Part shown: in pieces, positions 36,670 to 50,009 of the stretch | Layout: the number at the start of each line of letters is the position of its first letter | Position numbering within the stretch: the stretch's first letter is position 1 | NCBI RefSeq assembly: GCF_902459465.1 | Contig: NC_047080.1 | Span: forward strand, 11,966,001-12,030,000 | DNA: 64,000 nucleotides | From: Asterias rubens | Lineage: Eukaryota | Direction of reading: 5' to 3' | Notes under the pieces: model-generated | The model's input: the letters and a program-made list of their open reading frames with translations, nothing else | Told to the model about the DNA's origin: nothing | Databases searched by the model: none | Position numbers and translations under genes: made by a program

Positions 36670-38080
36670 GTTGAGATTCTTTTCCTCTTCAATTTTGCTC
36701 TTAGTCAGTTTTTCAGGCCAGAACTCTGGCCCGTGATTTGTGATTTTAAGAGCAGGTGTTTCGGTGACTTTTGATCGTTATTGTGTGCAGTCGTCATGTA
36801 CGTAGTTAGGCAAACATCAGTCAAAGCCGACTTATCTCGCTGGCTCCCTGTGCCGCTTACACGCGTTCAAGTATCACAAGTGGCACTCTAACAACCAGCG
36901 AAAAGTCAGACTGCTGAACAATTAGCTACGGTGTCCTGAAAGGAACATGCACCTGATTATTAACTGCACATTGCTTGTGCAGACTTCGTGAAATGTGAAC
37001 ATCCACAAGTGAAATAAATGTAAGCCTGCATGGTGTGGACACAGGACACGGAGCCAAAGGCTCGCATATTATGCAGTTTATACGGCTTTCGTGCATTGTT
37101 TCTTTTATTTTTGGGGTGACGGCGGCGACTATCAGAGCCACAGAGACTAAACACTAGAATGGCAGTTTAAATAAAGCAGATTTATTTCAACTTTAACAAA
37201 AATATAAACACTTTTGACTGTCACTGTCACTATCCTCTACTTATTTTCGACTAAACATGTAGCAATAATTAATAGCCTTTACCTTAGCAAAGAAATCATA
37301 AGCTTCTCGTGAGAAAAGTAAATGGCACTTTTAAACTTTTTAACATTCAAGGAACGTCTCAGTGAATCCCATAGTTAAGCATATTTTTATTGAGATTGCA
37401 TGCACTGTACAACCTTCCAACTTTTGATATAAGAAAGGGGCACATCTCTCAAAACGTTCTCTCTCTGTTCTGTTTTGTGCCTTGAGCGTGAAAACTATAA
37501 TGCTTATACAATCAAATTTACATTATTCTAAATTTGTGGCTCTGGTTATTTGGTTTTATAGAAATATCGTCAAAATATATAGGGGGCTAATGGCTCAATT
37601 TTATCTCGCTATTTATTTGCAAACCGCTATATATTTATGGCAAAAACAATTATGCAAAGGCGTTGGGAAGGGGAAGAAAAGGAAAAAAATACTGCTACAA
37701 ATACCCGTACAAAGTATTATTACGCAATTCAAAGCACAATTAACCTGATATTTAAATGCACCAAAAAAAAAACCGCACTAAACCTGATTGTATCCTATTC
37801 ACTCACAATCAAGTTGCTGAAGCAAAACTCAATGTGGATGCTTTACACAAATCCATAGGTTATGTAGCTCGGATATAAATGCGAAATATACAGTTCCAGG
37901 GTTTGGGAGCGGATACAGAAAATATCCCATCATTGCAGGAACAGTTATAGAAAGTTTTTTTTTAAATCGAAGATTGTAACACTGTACTGTGAGACAAGTT
38001 CGTTGAGATATGGTGGTGCGCAATTCATAGCTTCCCACAAGCAATACACATTTGGTTAAATTAAGATTAAAAAAAAAGGT

Positions 38081-41000
38081 TTAAGAGGCAGTTTCTTCCT
38101 CCCCTTTGCTGTCCACCTGTTCCTCCAATTCACCAGGCCACTCCCGCCCGGGCCCCTCGTGTTCCTCTTCTGCTAAAGCAATCCATTTACGCCCAGGCCA
38201 AAACATCACAACAAACATAACAAGGGCGCTGAAAGTAGCCACAGCCAACGCAAGACCATTGTATGATAGTCTGTAGTAGTCTCTGTCGTATAGCAAACAG
38301 GCTCCTACACCGTCGCAAGATTCCTGCCATACCACACAGGCGGAGTCTATCAAAGAGCCGAAAATCAACCCTGATGGTACGATTCCTGAAGAAGAAAAAA
38401 AAATACAAAGTTTAAAATCGCATTGTCCTGTGTGACAGGCAGGATAAAACGGGCGGCAAGCAGCATGTCAACCCTTAAGCGCCATATATTTTATCCCGAC
38501 AGATTTGTGCTTTCTTCGAATAAATCTTCACAGTCTTATTAAAGGCCTGTTTTATTTTTATGGTGTAATAAGTTTGGGCGATTCACATTATAATACGCCT
38601 TGAAGAGCTGTCCAGGGGCCGATTTCACTAAACTTTAAATCAATCGCAAACAGCCAATATCCATCGCAAATCAGTCGCAAGTTTGCGACGGATTTAAAAA
38701 ACTGATTTCTCTAAAGTCGGACGTTTTGAAACCCATCTGGGCCCAATTTCATGGCTCTGCTTACCGCCGAATTCTGCGCTTACGATCGCGATTCCCCGCT
38801 TACGTGCAAGCGCCGAATTTCTGCGCTAGCCTTGTAAGCGTAGAATGCATAGTAACGTGGAGTACGCACGCGCAGAAGCCAACATTCACCGCTTACCCGT
38901 GAAATACGCTTGCCGTAAGCACAGAATTCCCTGCTTCCGTAAGCGCCGATTCTTTGCTTACGGTAAGCAGAGCCATGAAATTGGGCCCAGCTGTCCAGAG
39001 CCTGTTTCTCGCTGTGCGTCATTGAGGCGAGACAACGTCCATGTAATTTGCAACTTCAAGAACCCTAAAAATGTGTTTTTCATTTGTTTACTGTGGACGT
39101 GAATGTTTGTCAAACCTACCTATTATCTGCGTCAAGTACGCCAAGCACAGCGCCACCAGTCGATTGGCTGAAGATGTTGATCTAGAATGATTGGGAAAAT
39201 TTATTTATCAACCATTATTTGATTTATTTGAATCATTCAACAGTTCATTTTCACTTTTTAATTTATTCCACCCAATATCATCATTCTGTAAGGGACAACT
39301 GAATCCAAACACAGATAGTGTTAAAACATGTTTTATTTATTTTTTTGTGGGGGGGGGGATGCTTGGATATCATTATTTGATTTTTTAAAAAGTTGGCAGT
39401 AAAACAAGGAGGATCAGGGTCCAATTTTATCAAGTTTTTAAGCACACAAATACGTACAAAATAAACATGTTGCAGAAACATGCTTCCAGCCAAAAAGTTC
39501 CCTTTTTTCTTTTCTTTTTTTTCTGCTAATATCTGCTTCATGAAATTCGGCCCAGATTCCCAGTCAGTGACTTTGGTTTCACTTACCGAACAATGATTGT
39601 CAGTCGTAGGAGATCACTGAATGTAGCCAACACAAACACACAGATCAGCACAATGAGGAATATAACCCCACTCCCACAGGGAGAGAAACAAGCGCCCTCT
39701 ACAACTGAACTAGACATTTGAAGTTCGTCAGAGTCGTTAAAAGAGGCAGTCTCACATGCACAGTCAGTGAAACTTTTCTGTAAAGAAAGAAGATTCCAAC
39801 AAATTAAAGATTATTATTATTATTATTTTTTTTGAGGGGGTGGGGGGTAAGGAGATGACTAGAGATGAAAAAAACTTTGAGCAGAAAAGAATGTTGGTAC
39901 TCTTTCTAAACATGCACCAGAAGTTTCATCAATTTGTTCACTGGACACTTGTCTTGTAAATCAATCAACAAAAGACTCTAAATTTGACGAAGATTTCTGG
40001 ACCAATTCTTGTACCTTTTGCTTCCACCTGCCTAAAAATATCAACAACTATTTTGAAAATAACTAGATCCCTTGCATTGACCGCAATCTTTGATGCAATA
40101 AAACATGCACGCGTGTACAAACGGTGCACGACTCTCATCCAATGGTAGCTCTTCGGTGCATGTTTCATCAGCTATGGCCGCCAATGAAAGTGGTCAGTTT
40201 GTTTTAGAAGCTTACGTTAACACTTGATTGAGCGCATCCAGCGTGGCATGCGGAGAAATAAGTTACTCCGACTTCGTTGCAAACGGGGGCGTAGACAGAC
40301 AGAGAACAAGAACAGTTGACATTACATGGTGCTTCCAGGTCGACTGATGAACTCTGCTTGCTGTGTAAAAAAAAAAAAAAGGGATCAAAGCAATAATGGT
40401 CAAGACAAATTAAAAACTCAAATGATGAAGTGCAAAAACTGTGTTTATACAAAGATATGCAAAATAAAAACGTGGCTTTGCGAAGAAAACAACGTTCAAT
40501 TAAATGAAGCAAGTTTAGTTGAGACAGATGTGCTGCGGAGACCGGTTGCACTCTTCTGTTGACGTAACGTTAACTGTTGGAATGCATTCGACCATTTCCA
40601 TCCCAACTGCATTTTTGTGTTTGTTTCTTGCCATAATTTTTGAAGAGCTTTTAAATTGTTTCTTACCTTAATCCATCGTAGCTGGAGAAGACACCGGCAA
40701 CGTTGTTATTGTCGCATCCAACAAACATGAGCAAGAAAAGACCAAACACACACCCAGTCAGGACGCCGCATGTAAGACGGATTATTGCCCTCAGTTTCAA
40801 GTTGAGTTTCTTCACTAGGAAACCGGCAAGCAGTTCACCCACAGCGTAGGCAGGAGCCAGTAAAATACCTCAAGAAGATGTAAAGGTTGGTACATGTTTT
40901 ATTATTTTGTATTTCTCGTCGTAAACTCTTTCTTTTTAATTTGAGACTTTTGAACGCTAGGTGGCAGCAGACTTACCGGGTTAACTTCCAGTTCTGAACG

Positions 41001-43163
41001 TGTGCACATTATCGAGAACAATGGACGTCTACATGTTGCCACGCGTCCCAAAAGTCTCACAAAATGTGGCAAGATGCCTTGGATATTGACTATACTAATA
41101 ATATGAGCAAGAACAAGATTATTGTTATATCACGACATGAATTAAATAAGTAAATGCAAGTAGATTTAATGCTTACCTGTCAGTAGATCGGCGTCTTGTC
41201 TTCCATAACCAAACTCAACCTCGAGGTACTTGGGTATAAAGACACCGTAGCCATAGAGAATGAAGTAGAAGCTGCTCTGTGATAAACACGTCACTGAGCA
41301 GTACGGATTCTTCAGAGTGTTCAACAAGGCCCGGAAAAACTCTGTGAAATTTTAGACAAAGGATAGTCTTTCTGAAAGCAAATTATTATTTTGAGTTATT
41401 ACAAAATTGATTGAAAAAACAGTAAACAGTTTGCAACAGATAGTTTTATGTTCTCATAATTATAAACGACCTACCTTTTGCGGTCAGGTACCCTTCCTCG
41501 CTCGACACTTTGTTATTCACTTCCTTTCCACTCACTACATCATACTCCCCATGACTCGATGATGGCATCTTCCGTGGAAAGAACAGGAACAACGTCGAGA
41601 AGATAATGAAGACTATCCCGACCACTAAGTAACCAAGCCACCACGCCCCAATCCATTCCGAGTCCTCCGGGCTGAGAGCGAGTACGGAGCCGTGCTCCAA
41701 GCCGTAAAAATCCACCCAGACACCGATGACAGCAGCAGTAAGCATGACCCCAGCAACGGGCCCGAGGCCCAATACAGCATTGACAATGCCTGGGAATGAG
41801 TAAACATATCAACAAAACTTTAATTTTCTTTAAGGTGTTGGATAGGTAGCCTACTAATAGCTCAAATTTGACCTCGCCCTGGGGTTCGTTCTTTATGTTA
41901 TTGGGGAGCTGGAATGTGAAGGCGTGGTGTGCATTATAAGCATGGGGATGGCAGCTTTTTGCAACATTCAGTATTTCAGTTTTAAAAACAAATTGCGAAA
42001 AATAATTGTCATTTCATCAGACGAGGTCAAGAAGCCATGAAAACTCGTAAGACAATTTTTTTCTGTTTTCTTTTATTTTTTCTCAAATCTTCGGTCACAG
42101 AAGGACTTGACCAGTAGTCCAGGGAAATTAACCTGTCCTTAAAAATATGTGTCTTATATGGGAGTTGAGTCATTGCATGGTGAGGAATTCAGTATATCAA
42201 TACATTTTGTTTGCGGTAAAACACCATGTTTGTTTCTACTTGCAGATTTTCTATCTTGCTTATATTTTTTATTCTGACTACAGCGGAGTAGATTTTCAAA
42301 ATGTGCCTTCTTCCAAAAGTCCCTGGTCAGAAATGGACGATGGACTTCAAATTGATGAATCGTGCTATACGCCTAACACAAAGTATCTGTGGTGGTCAAT
42401 TCCCTTGCTATTTTTTCTCTCTCTTCAAATATACTTTTTTTCTGGACCAACTATGAGGCTTCTCGACAACCAGCTTACCGATGTAAAGCGATGTGGTTCC
42501 TGGTGTAGTGCAGTCAGAGATGTAAGCGATCCCTATGGGGTACACGAGCATCACACACATGCCTTGCAATGCGGACCCTAAAACAAAGATGTAATAAGCC
42601 GCGCTAGTAGATGATATCCCGTGAGATACGCCATCACCACAATCCTGAGAATGTCCTGAACAAGTCAGCACCGCCGAGCTAAGAGTCCCATCTGTTTGGT
42701 TTTCCAACCCGGCAAGACTTGGAGGTGTATACGGACCCTGAATAAATTGTGGCAGACTCTGAACTGCCATCGCCAGACCGCTGATCACCCCACAGATCCC
42801 CATCAGTCGAGGGCGGTTGCTGCCAGATCGGCTGCCGACGTACATCGCAAAAAGCAGGCCCACGATTCCGCCAGTGCAGTACCCAGTCTGCATGCTGCCG
42901 AGCTCCGTCAGGGTGAACTGGAAGCGGGCTTCGATTGAGGTGATCGAGCCGGTGATGATGCCGACATTAAGACCGTCACAGGCAACGAAGAGGCACATGA
43001 CCAGGAGGAACACACCTGGCCTTGCGAAGCGTTGGAGGCACGATGGCCTCCACCAGAAGTACCCGCATTTGGTATCTACATCTTTCTCTATGGTATCTAC
43101 AACCATGGATGGTGAACCAACATCTTTGATACCTCGGTCCTCATCAGAATGTGCAACATCCAT
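38081..43163 (-). CDS. Organic anion transporting polypeptide (SLCO/OATP family), 689 aa
   Basis: Exons 42479-43163, 41475-41789 (DSEWIGAWWLGY, OATP signature-like), 41177-41341, 40667-40868, 40216-40360 (Kazal CNVNCSCSLSVYAPVC), 39587-39777, 39120-39181, 38081-38385 (IFGSLIDSAC). Total 2070 nt with consistent phases. Subfamily not assignable by eye. Confidence 0.93.
38737..38990. mobile_element. Young GGGCCC-ended MITE
   Basis: Perfect ~30-bp TIR CTGGGCCCAATTTCATGGCTCTGCTTACCG; CpG-rich interior with repeated GCTTAC/GTAAGC motifs. Confidence 0.9.
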
Positions 43164-43666
43164 TCTATCTGCAGCGACCTGATAAATGTATCCAAAGTTA
43201 TTATTGCGGTAACACCATGTGTGTCTACTTGCAAGGTAGAGTTTGTTCTTTAGAGAACTGTCTTGCTAACCGCGGAGTAGAGTTTTCTGATTTTTCAGGA
43301 GACTCAAATCCCATACATAAATTTAGGTGAATGGCCACGAAAAAGTGCCACACTCAGCGACTGAAATGCGAATCGCTATAGGATTAAATCAAGGGTCACA
43401 CGGGTCAGGGTAAAGCAATACTTTATTCAGGTCATGAGCACTCATGCCTCAGAAATAATAGAATCATACCTCGTGAATAAGTCCAAGGTTCTGATTTTAA
43501 ACCCTAGACAATCATTGTAAGTTCTGCTTTAAAGTTGAGCAATGTATGACGATAACAATTGCGTGAATAGTGAAGTGGTATACAACAGCTGATACTTTGT
43601 TCGCACTGTATCATACATCATACACACGACTGAACTTGGTTAAAGCATTTCTACCTCCATGGTTAA

Positions 43667-44017
43667 AGGCACTGGATAGCCTACTATTGGTAATTACTCA
43701 AAGTAATTGTTAGCATAAAATCTTACTTCGTAAAGAGCAATGGAGAGCTGTTGATAGTATAAAACATTGTGAGCAACGGCTCACTCTGAAGTAACGTAGT
43801 TTTTTAGAAAGGGGTAATTTCTCACTCAAATAATAAAAGACTTTAGCTGAAGCCTCTTATTATGCAGCAAAGCACACAATGAAACAAGGATGTTTTTTCT
43901 TGTATTATTCTCTTGCAACTTCGATGACCAATTGAGCCCAAATTTTCACAGGTTTGTTATTGAATCACTTCAAGTGAGAGAACTGGTCTTTGACAATTAC
44001 CAAACGTGTCCAGTGCC
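43667..44017. mobile_element. TTAA-flanked MITE, same family as 23585-23920 in opposite orientation
   Basis: TTAA|AGGCACTGGA...CTATTGGTAATT ... AATTACCAAACGTGTCCAGTGCC|TTAA. Confidence 0.75.
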
Positions 44018-45228
44018 TTAAATCTATAATAATCAACTCAGAATGTTATCCACTGCTGTCCGAGCATTAAACAATGCATAGGCACTGATGTTATTAAACA
44101 ACTCGTTGGAGGCTGAAAGTTGGTTTTGACTACTTGGCATGGTCATTTTAAAGCACTAATAGCAATGCATGTTCAGAGAAGAAAACCAAACACTTGAAGA
44201 TATAGCTAGCTGATATACAAACATTGACTGCTTCGAGTGTAGTGGTTAATATACCCCTGCAGCCAGGATTCTGTTATTATCTTTAAAACTACAAAGTGGT
44301 CGTGGTAGTGGCAGTTTCAACCACAGCATGAGTAAAAACAGTCAATAATGTGTTTTGTTACACCCCCAATATAATTTACCAATACTTCTAGGTACAAAGA
44401 AGCTAATGTTGCTATGGGGATAGTAGACTGGTTGCTATGGTAGAAACGGGTATAGTACATTGTTTGATGTGTGGGTATAGCGCATAACAATGCTACTAAA
44501 AATAAAATGTGTGATGCAGTATAGAAACCAATCAAAAGGCAGGTTCTTATAAGGGAAGTTATAACTCCAACTATCAAACATGCGTGGTGATCTATCAAAT
44601 GATTACATAAAATAATCGTGATGCAATAGAAAACTCTTTCATAAACAAGTATTCTGTTAACAAATATTTTTATTGACATCATTTCAAAACTATCTTGTTT
44701 TCATCACAATAACGTCTTAAAAGCTGAACATACATTTATAAATACCAAAACAAAAGTAAAAACTATGTTAAGATGGAGAAATCTTTTCCCTTTTTATGTA
44801 GGCAGTTGATAGTTGGGCTACAGTCCCCAATCCCCCACTATATTCCACTTTATGTTCATTCAACACCAAAAATGTTTGGAATTGGTTAAGATTGGTATGC
44901 CTAGCGCAGTGATAAGTGATTGTTAAATAAAATAGCCCTTAAGTCCTCAATCCCCCGCAATGAGACATCTTCCAGAAGAGGATTTTGGAGGGGTCAGAGG
45001 TCACCAAAAGCTACAACAATATTATTTGTCAGGATATAAATCATGTTTTGTTCTCATTCAGTACAAATTGGTTTCCATTCCTGATCAAGCCCCCCACATG
45101 ATCAGTTCAATTGAAGATTTCCATTCTGTTGGGGTCGTTGGGCTCTTGGCATTGTCCACAGTCTCGCCCAGAAGTTTTGAAACAAACTGTGGGCGATATA
45201 TACACAGATCAACCCTCGCACTTGGTTG

Positions 45229-48200
45229 TTATAATGGTCCAAAATCATCTCTCTGTAGATTCAAAAAATAAGAAAGGAGATAACTTTTATAATTTCAAAC
45301 AGCATTTTCATCATCTGATTAGAGACATTATGAGGAGTTGGCCCAGTATAAACAAATAACCAGTTAATATTTTGCAATAATGCATCAATGTACTTTACAT
45401 TAGTGCCCTGATCATTGGGCCAATAACATTCCGTTAATCTTCCTCAGCTCCTTGGGGAGCACACAGCCCCGAGCTACCGTGGCACTCCAGTTGCTTTCTC
45501 CTACACAATATTAACATTCTCTAGACATTTCTTACCATCTCGTTGTACGTTGTAACATGTTGGCGAATCTTGGAAGTGTCTGTCCATGTCACAAAGTCCT
45601 CCAAATTCCTGTACGGCAGGTAAAAACAAAAAGCAAAATTAAGTTAGAATACTTTCAGCAAAATTGTTAAAGATGGTGTCTTTCATAATTCTTTCACAGC
45701 TAACAGCTACAGATGACAGTAACAGCATTGATTTACTCACTTGTTAACTAAGAACGCAGGATCTAACACAAGCTCTGGTCCAACTCGTATATCTGAATCA
45801 GGCAGTTAAAGATTCTTCAACGACACAGATGATTTTCAACTGAAGAGAAGTGAGTGTTACTTTTATACAAATAAAGCAAAAACATTTAATTACAAAATTG
45901 TGGCCCTTTGGGTTGTTGGAAATTGAAGTCACATGGAAAAAAAGTGTACAGTTTGTGTCTTTCCCATTGTGTTTATTTTTACACCGATTATGTCTTTTGT
46001 ACCAAGGTTTTTTTTGTTTTTTTTTGTGTTTTGCCTTGAAACCTAAAGCAAGGAATAATTCTCAAGAAAAATATCAGTGTTAAAGGGAGGGTATACCTCT
46101 GGTTATTACTAAAAAATTAATGACAATACTCGGTAAGAAGCTCTGCAGCCGTTAATAACAGAATATCATAATGAATGTGCATATTGAGAAACAATTCCCT
46201 TCCCAGGAAAGTGGTTTAGATAGGATTTCAAACATTTCAATCCGAATTGTACTCCAATTACAAATTATTCACGCTTTATATTAATTTACCAAATTTTATA
46301 CGACCCCTGGGGCGATCTCACAAAGAGTCCTAACTTAGGACTAATCCTAGGAGATATACAAATTGCATGGATAGTCCTAAGTTAGGACCAGTAACTGGTC
46401 CTAACTCGAGATAAGACTAGTCCTAACTCTTTGTCAAATCCACCCTGACCTGTATGCTTCGTTTTTGGAAGGGCAAGGGCACCAAGACATTTTCTCCTTG
46501 GTAAAGGGCACCAAGACATTTTCTCATTGGTAAAGGGCCCCTATTGTAAATTTCTATGTAGGCATTTCAAGGGCACCAAGGCAATGACTAGAGGGCATTG
46601 AGGTAATTGCCTGCATTGCCTCTGTGAAGTATCAAAGTGCATATGTCACAAGTAAGTTTTATAAATACAATTTACTTAAAGGATACGTCCTTGCTCAATG
46701 AATCTAACAGCATTGGCCACGGACTCCGCCATATTGAGTCTCACCATGACAACAGGGAGTCTTCTTCTACAAAACGCTGATGCATTTACTTTGGAACAAA
46801 GCTCCAGACTTCGCTTTGTAGGGATCAGACCCATCATGTATCTGCAAGCAAAACAAGATCAATAATGAAAGATTGTATAAGATGCTATAGTGCTAAAATT
46901 AATGTTTAAGCACATGAAAGGAAAATGTCACTTTAAACCATCATCTATAATGAAAGATACAGTAAACTAAAGATCAACACTCACTATTAGCCCTCACTTT
47001 TAAAGTCACCTGGAAATATATATTTTTTTTCTTTCAAACATAAGAGTATATGCTTACGAAAAAAACAAACGATTTTTTCAGTAATGGTTTGGCACGATTT
47101 ATATGTTTAAAAAATACATAAAGTTGTTTGGGGGGCTGACTCCGCCTACCCCTTTTGTGACGTCAATCGAGGCAGACTTTGCCTGCAATGCGTATAGTAA
47201 ACACACGTGCAAAGTACATGTACGTCCAAGTCGTAAGTTGGTACATTTCAAAAATTGTTTTTCTGCATTCAGCAGCAATACACCTGGTCGGCATTGCCGG
47301 AAAAAACAAAAAAATATTTTTTTGAAACGTACAAACTCACGACTTGGTCCGTCCATGTACTTTGCAATTGTGTTTACTCTATGCATTACAGGCACAGTCT
47401 GCCTCGATTGACGTCACGAGCAGCGCCCTCTCGGGTCGGGGTCTACTCTTAAATTTGTAAATAACATAAAACCTGATTTTTTAAAACCTTAGTTAACTGT
47501 TTATTCACATTCCACTCATCAAAACACATATTATAAGTGACACAAGCTTTATTTTGAAAAAAAAAACTACTTCCAGTTGACTTTAAAGCTTATTCAGGCT
47601 TAAGTAAGCACAAGACTTTTTGTATAAATAAAATATAAAAAATCAGTCTTTCCTAAATCGTTCAATACCTCATTGGTGCGTAAGGATGACTTGGAAAAGA
47701 AAAGAGGAAAAAACACTCCAAAATGAGAAACTATGTTTTATGACAAAATATTTTTCATTCTTGAACTTGTTTACTTTGAGTGTTGACTCTGTTTTGCAAA
47801 AGTTTTCTGAAATACGTAAAATAAAAAAACAAACTGTATGATTTAGCATTAATTAATATTCTGAACCTTACTTACAGTTTTTCGATGAGCTGTGATGTGC
47901 ATTGTGTTCGGAAAGGGTCCTTAGGGTCCAACTGCTTTATCTTATTCGCCAATGTACGTACATGACGACTGAGTTTATTATACCTAGGTATAGATAAAAA
48001 GAAAAAAATTCAGTGGTTTTGGAGTTAATTAACGGGGGATAAATTGGTGGCGACGTGCAGAAAAGTATCCCCCCTGTTTAAATAATGTTCCTACTCCGCT
48101 CATATAATGTTATTGTTACTTTTTAACTTTGCTTTGTCTTTTTTTGTGTTAGTTAATATTCCTCCAGAGTCCATGCCACGGTTCATTCAATTAAAAAAGG

Positions 48201-48692
48201 GGAAACACTGACTGACACAAGTGACAGTGCTGGTGAGGTGGGAGACCTCAGTCACTAGAGTCATCGTTTGCCAACGCCAACGGGTTACCCTCAAAAATAA
48301 AAAATATAAAAATAAAAAGGTACAGATACAGCTATATAGATGAAAAAAATAATTAAACAAACACCTTAACTTGTAAAATTGAAACTGAAGTTCTTCAATG
48401 TGGTCCTACTTCTTTCGTCGTCAAAAAATCAACTTTACTGGGCCCGTACTAGCCTCATTTGTGTGGCCAAGGCTAAGGATTCAGCTTGCCTTGGCCACAC
48501 ACACAAGTGGGGCTAGGCCCGTACTAAAAAAACATTCGACATCATAATTTTTGCTTACTTTGTGTAGTCTTCTCTTTTTTGAATGTGGTATTTTCTCAGC
48601 ACTTTCACCTCGTGCAAGTTGTTGTCGACTTCCCATGATATAAAGTCGACTTTCTTCAACAATTTTTGTTCGTGAAACTTGAGTTTTCTCAT
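45229..48692 (-). CDS. IMP3: U3 snoRNP protein IMP3 (181 aa)
   Basis: Not in the ORF track. Exons 48559-48692 ([21 protein letters not shown]), 47876-47983, 46687-46841 ([10 protein letters not shown]...FIEQG), 45741-45792 ([16 protein letters not shown]), 45536-45608 ([16 protein letters not shown]), 45229-45252 (RDDFGPL*). Matches the recalled IMP3 S4-domain motifs throughout. Confidence 0.95.
46310..46445. mobile_element. Short palindrome-rich MITE
   Basis: GGGGCGATCTCACAAAGAGT ... ACTCTTTGTCAAATCCACCC ends, with internal GTCCTAACTTAGGAC palindromes. Confidence 0.6.
47004..47582 (+). mobile_element. TTAA-flanked MITE, ~580 bp, copy 1 (IMP3 intron 2)
   Basis: TTAA|AGTCACCTGGAA ... TTCCAGTTGACT|TTAA, with an internal ~110-bp inverted repeat (GTGACGTCAATCGAGGCAGAC...). 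Confidence 0.9.
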
Positions 48693-49437
48693 GTTGATCT
48701 TGTTGCAGCATGCATTTCACGTGTAATAGCATTGAAAAAACTGTGTCTCACCACTTTTTCTGATGGAAATGGCTTAAACACGTCTGGGACCCGTACCAAA
48801 ACGCTTATTTCTATATAGCGCCCTCTCTTGCTGTTAATTATTCAACCCCCAAAACCCTTGTGGTTTATGTTAATATTCAGTACAATTTTAATGCCATTTT
48901 TGCCTGCCGCCTCCAGCCCCGGGTTGGAAATGCAGATATGATTTCGTCCTCACTCGCTGTCAACCGAACTACTAAAAAAAAATCCGTATAAATATATTGT
49001 TTAACATTGAAATGATGTGTAAAAATGTTCCTCCATGTATAGTGGTTGTCAAGGGCGTGGCGAGTTTGTGAGATCGGATATAGGCCTACATTCAAGAAAT
49101 ACTGGAGATCTTAATCATCCAATGTCAAGAATATGCATGAAGTAGACAAGTGCAAGAACGGCGGTCTTAAAATACAAGCAAACACACTAAAAGTTTCGTT
49201 AGCAAAAATAAACCCCCCAAAACCCAGTTGTGTCGTCGGTGGGCCACATGCGCACATTGACTGCGCGATCTTCAATGGGATCGAAATCACCACACCGTAG
49301 CCTCGTGTTCATTCAAATCACTCAATCCCAATCAGAAAAGAATTAAGAATGAAGAGTCCTTGAGCAAAAGAAAAGGAAGTCACTTTTATTAACGACCTAT
49401 GAGCAGTAGAAACTTGAGGTTAATGAATCCAGGTTAA

Positions 49438-50009
49438 AGTCACCTGGAAGTGGTATTTTTTCAAAATAAAGCTTTTGTCACTAATGTGTTTTGATGAGTG
49501 GAATGTGAATAAACAGTTAACTAAGGTTTTAAAAAAATCAGTGCTTATGTTATTTACAAATTTAAGAGTAGACCCCGACCCGAGAGGGCGCTGTTCGTGA
49601 CGTCAATCGAGGCAGACTTTGCCTGTAATGCGTAGAGTAAACACAATTGCAAAGTACATGTACGGACCAAGTCGTGAGTTTGTACGTTTCAAAAAAATAT
49701 TTTTTTGTTTTTTCCGGCAATGCCGACCAGGTGTATTGCTGCTGAATGCAGAAAAACAATTTTTGAAATGTACCAACTTACGACTTGGACGTACATGTAC
49801 TTTGCACGTGTGTTTACTATAGGCATTGCAAGCAAAGTCTGCCTCGATTGACGTCACAAAAGGGGTAGGCGGAGTCAGCCCCCCAAACAACTTTATATAT
49901 TTTTTAAACATATAAATCGTGACAAACAATTACTAAAAAAATTGTTTTATTGTTCGTAAGCATATACTCTTATGTTTGAAAGAAAAAAAATATGTATTTC
50001 CAGATGACT
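49438..50009 (-). mobile_element. TTAA-flanked MITE, ~570 bp, copy 2 (inverted, upstream of IMP3)
   Basis: Near-identical reverse complement of 47004-47582; gives the near-duplicate ORFs 49603-49929 and 47103-47411. Confidence 0.9.

Noticed and set aside
38991-39045. Possible SLCO exon disrupted by a MITE
   Set aside because: A better exon at 39120-39181 fits both phases and aligns to OATP TM11.
47099-49929. Duplicated 98-108 aa ORFs as a gene pair or transposase
   Set aside because: By-products of two non-autonomous MITE copies; no transposase motifs.
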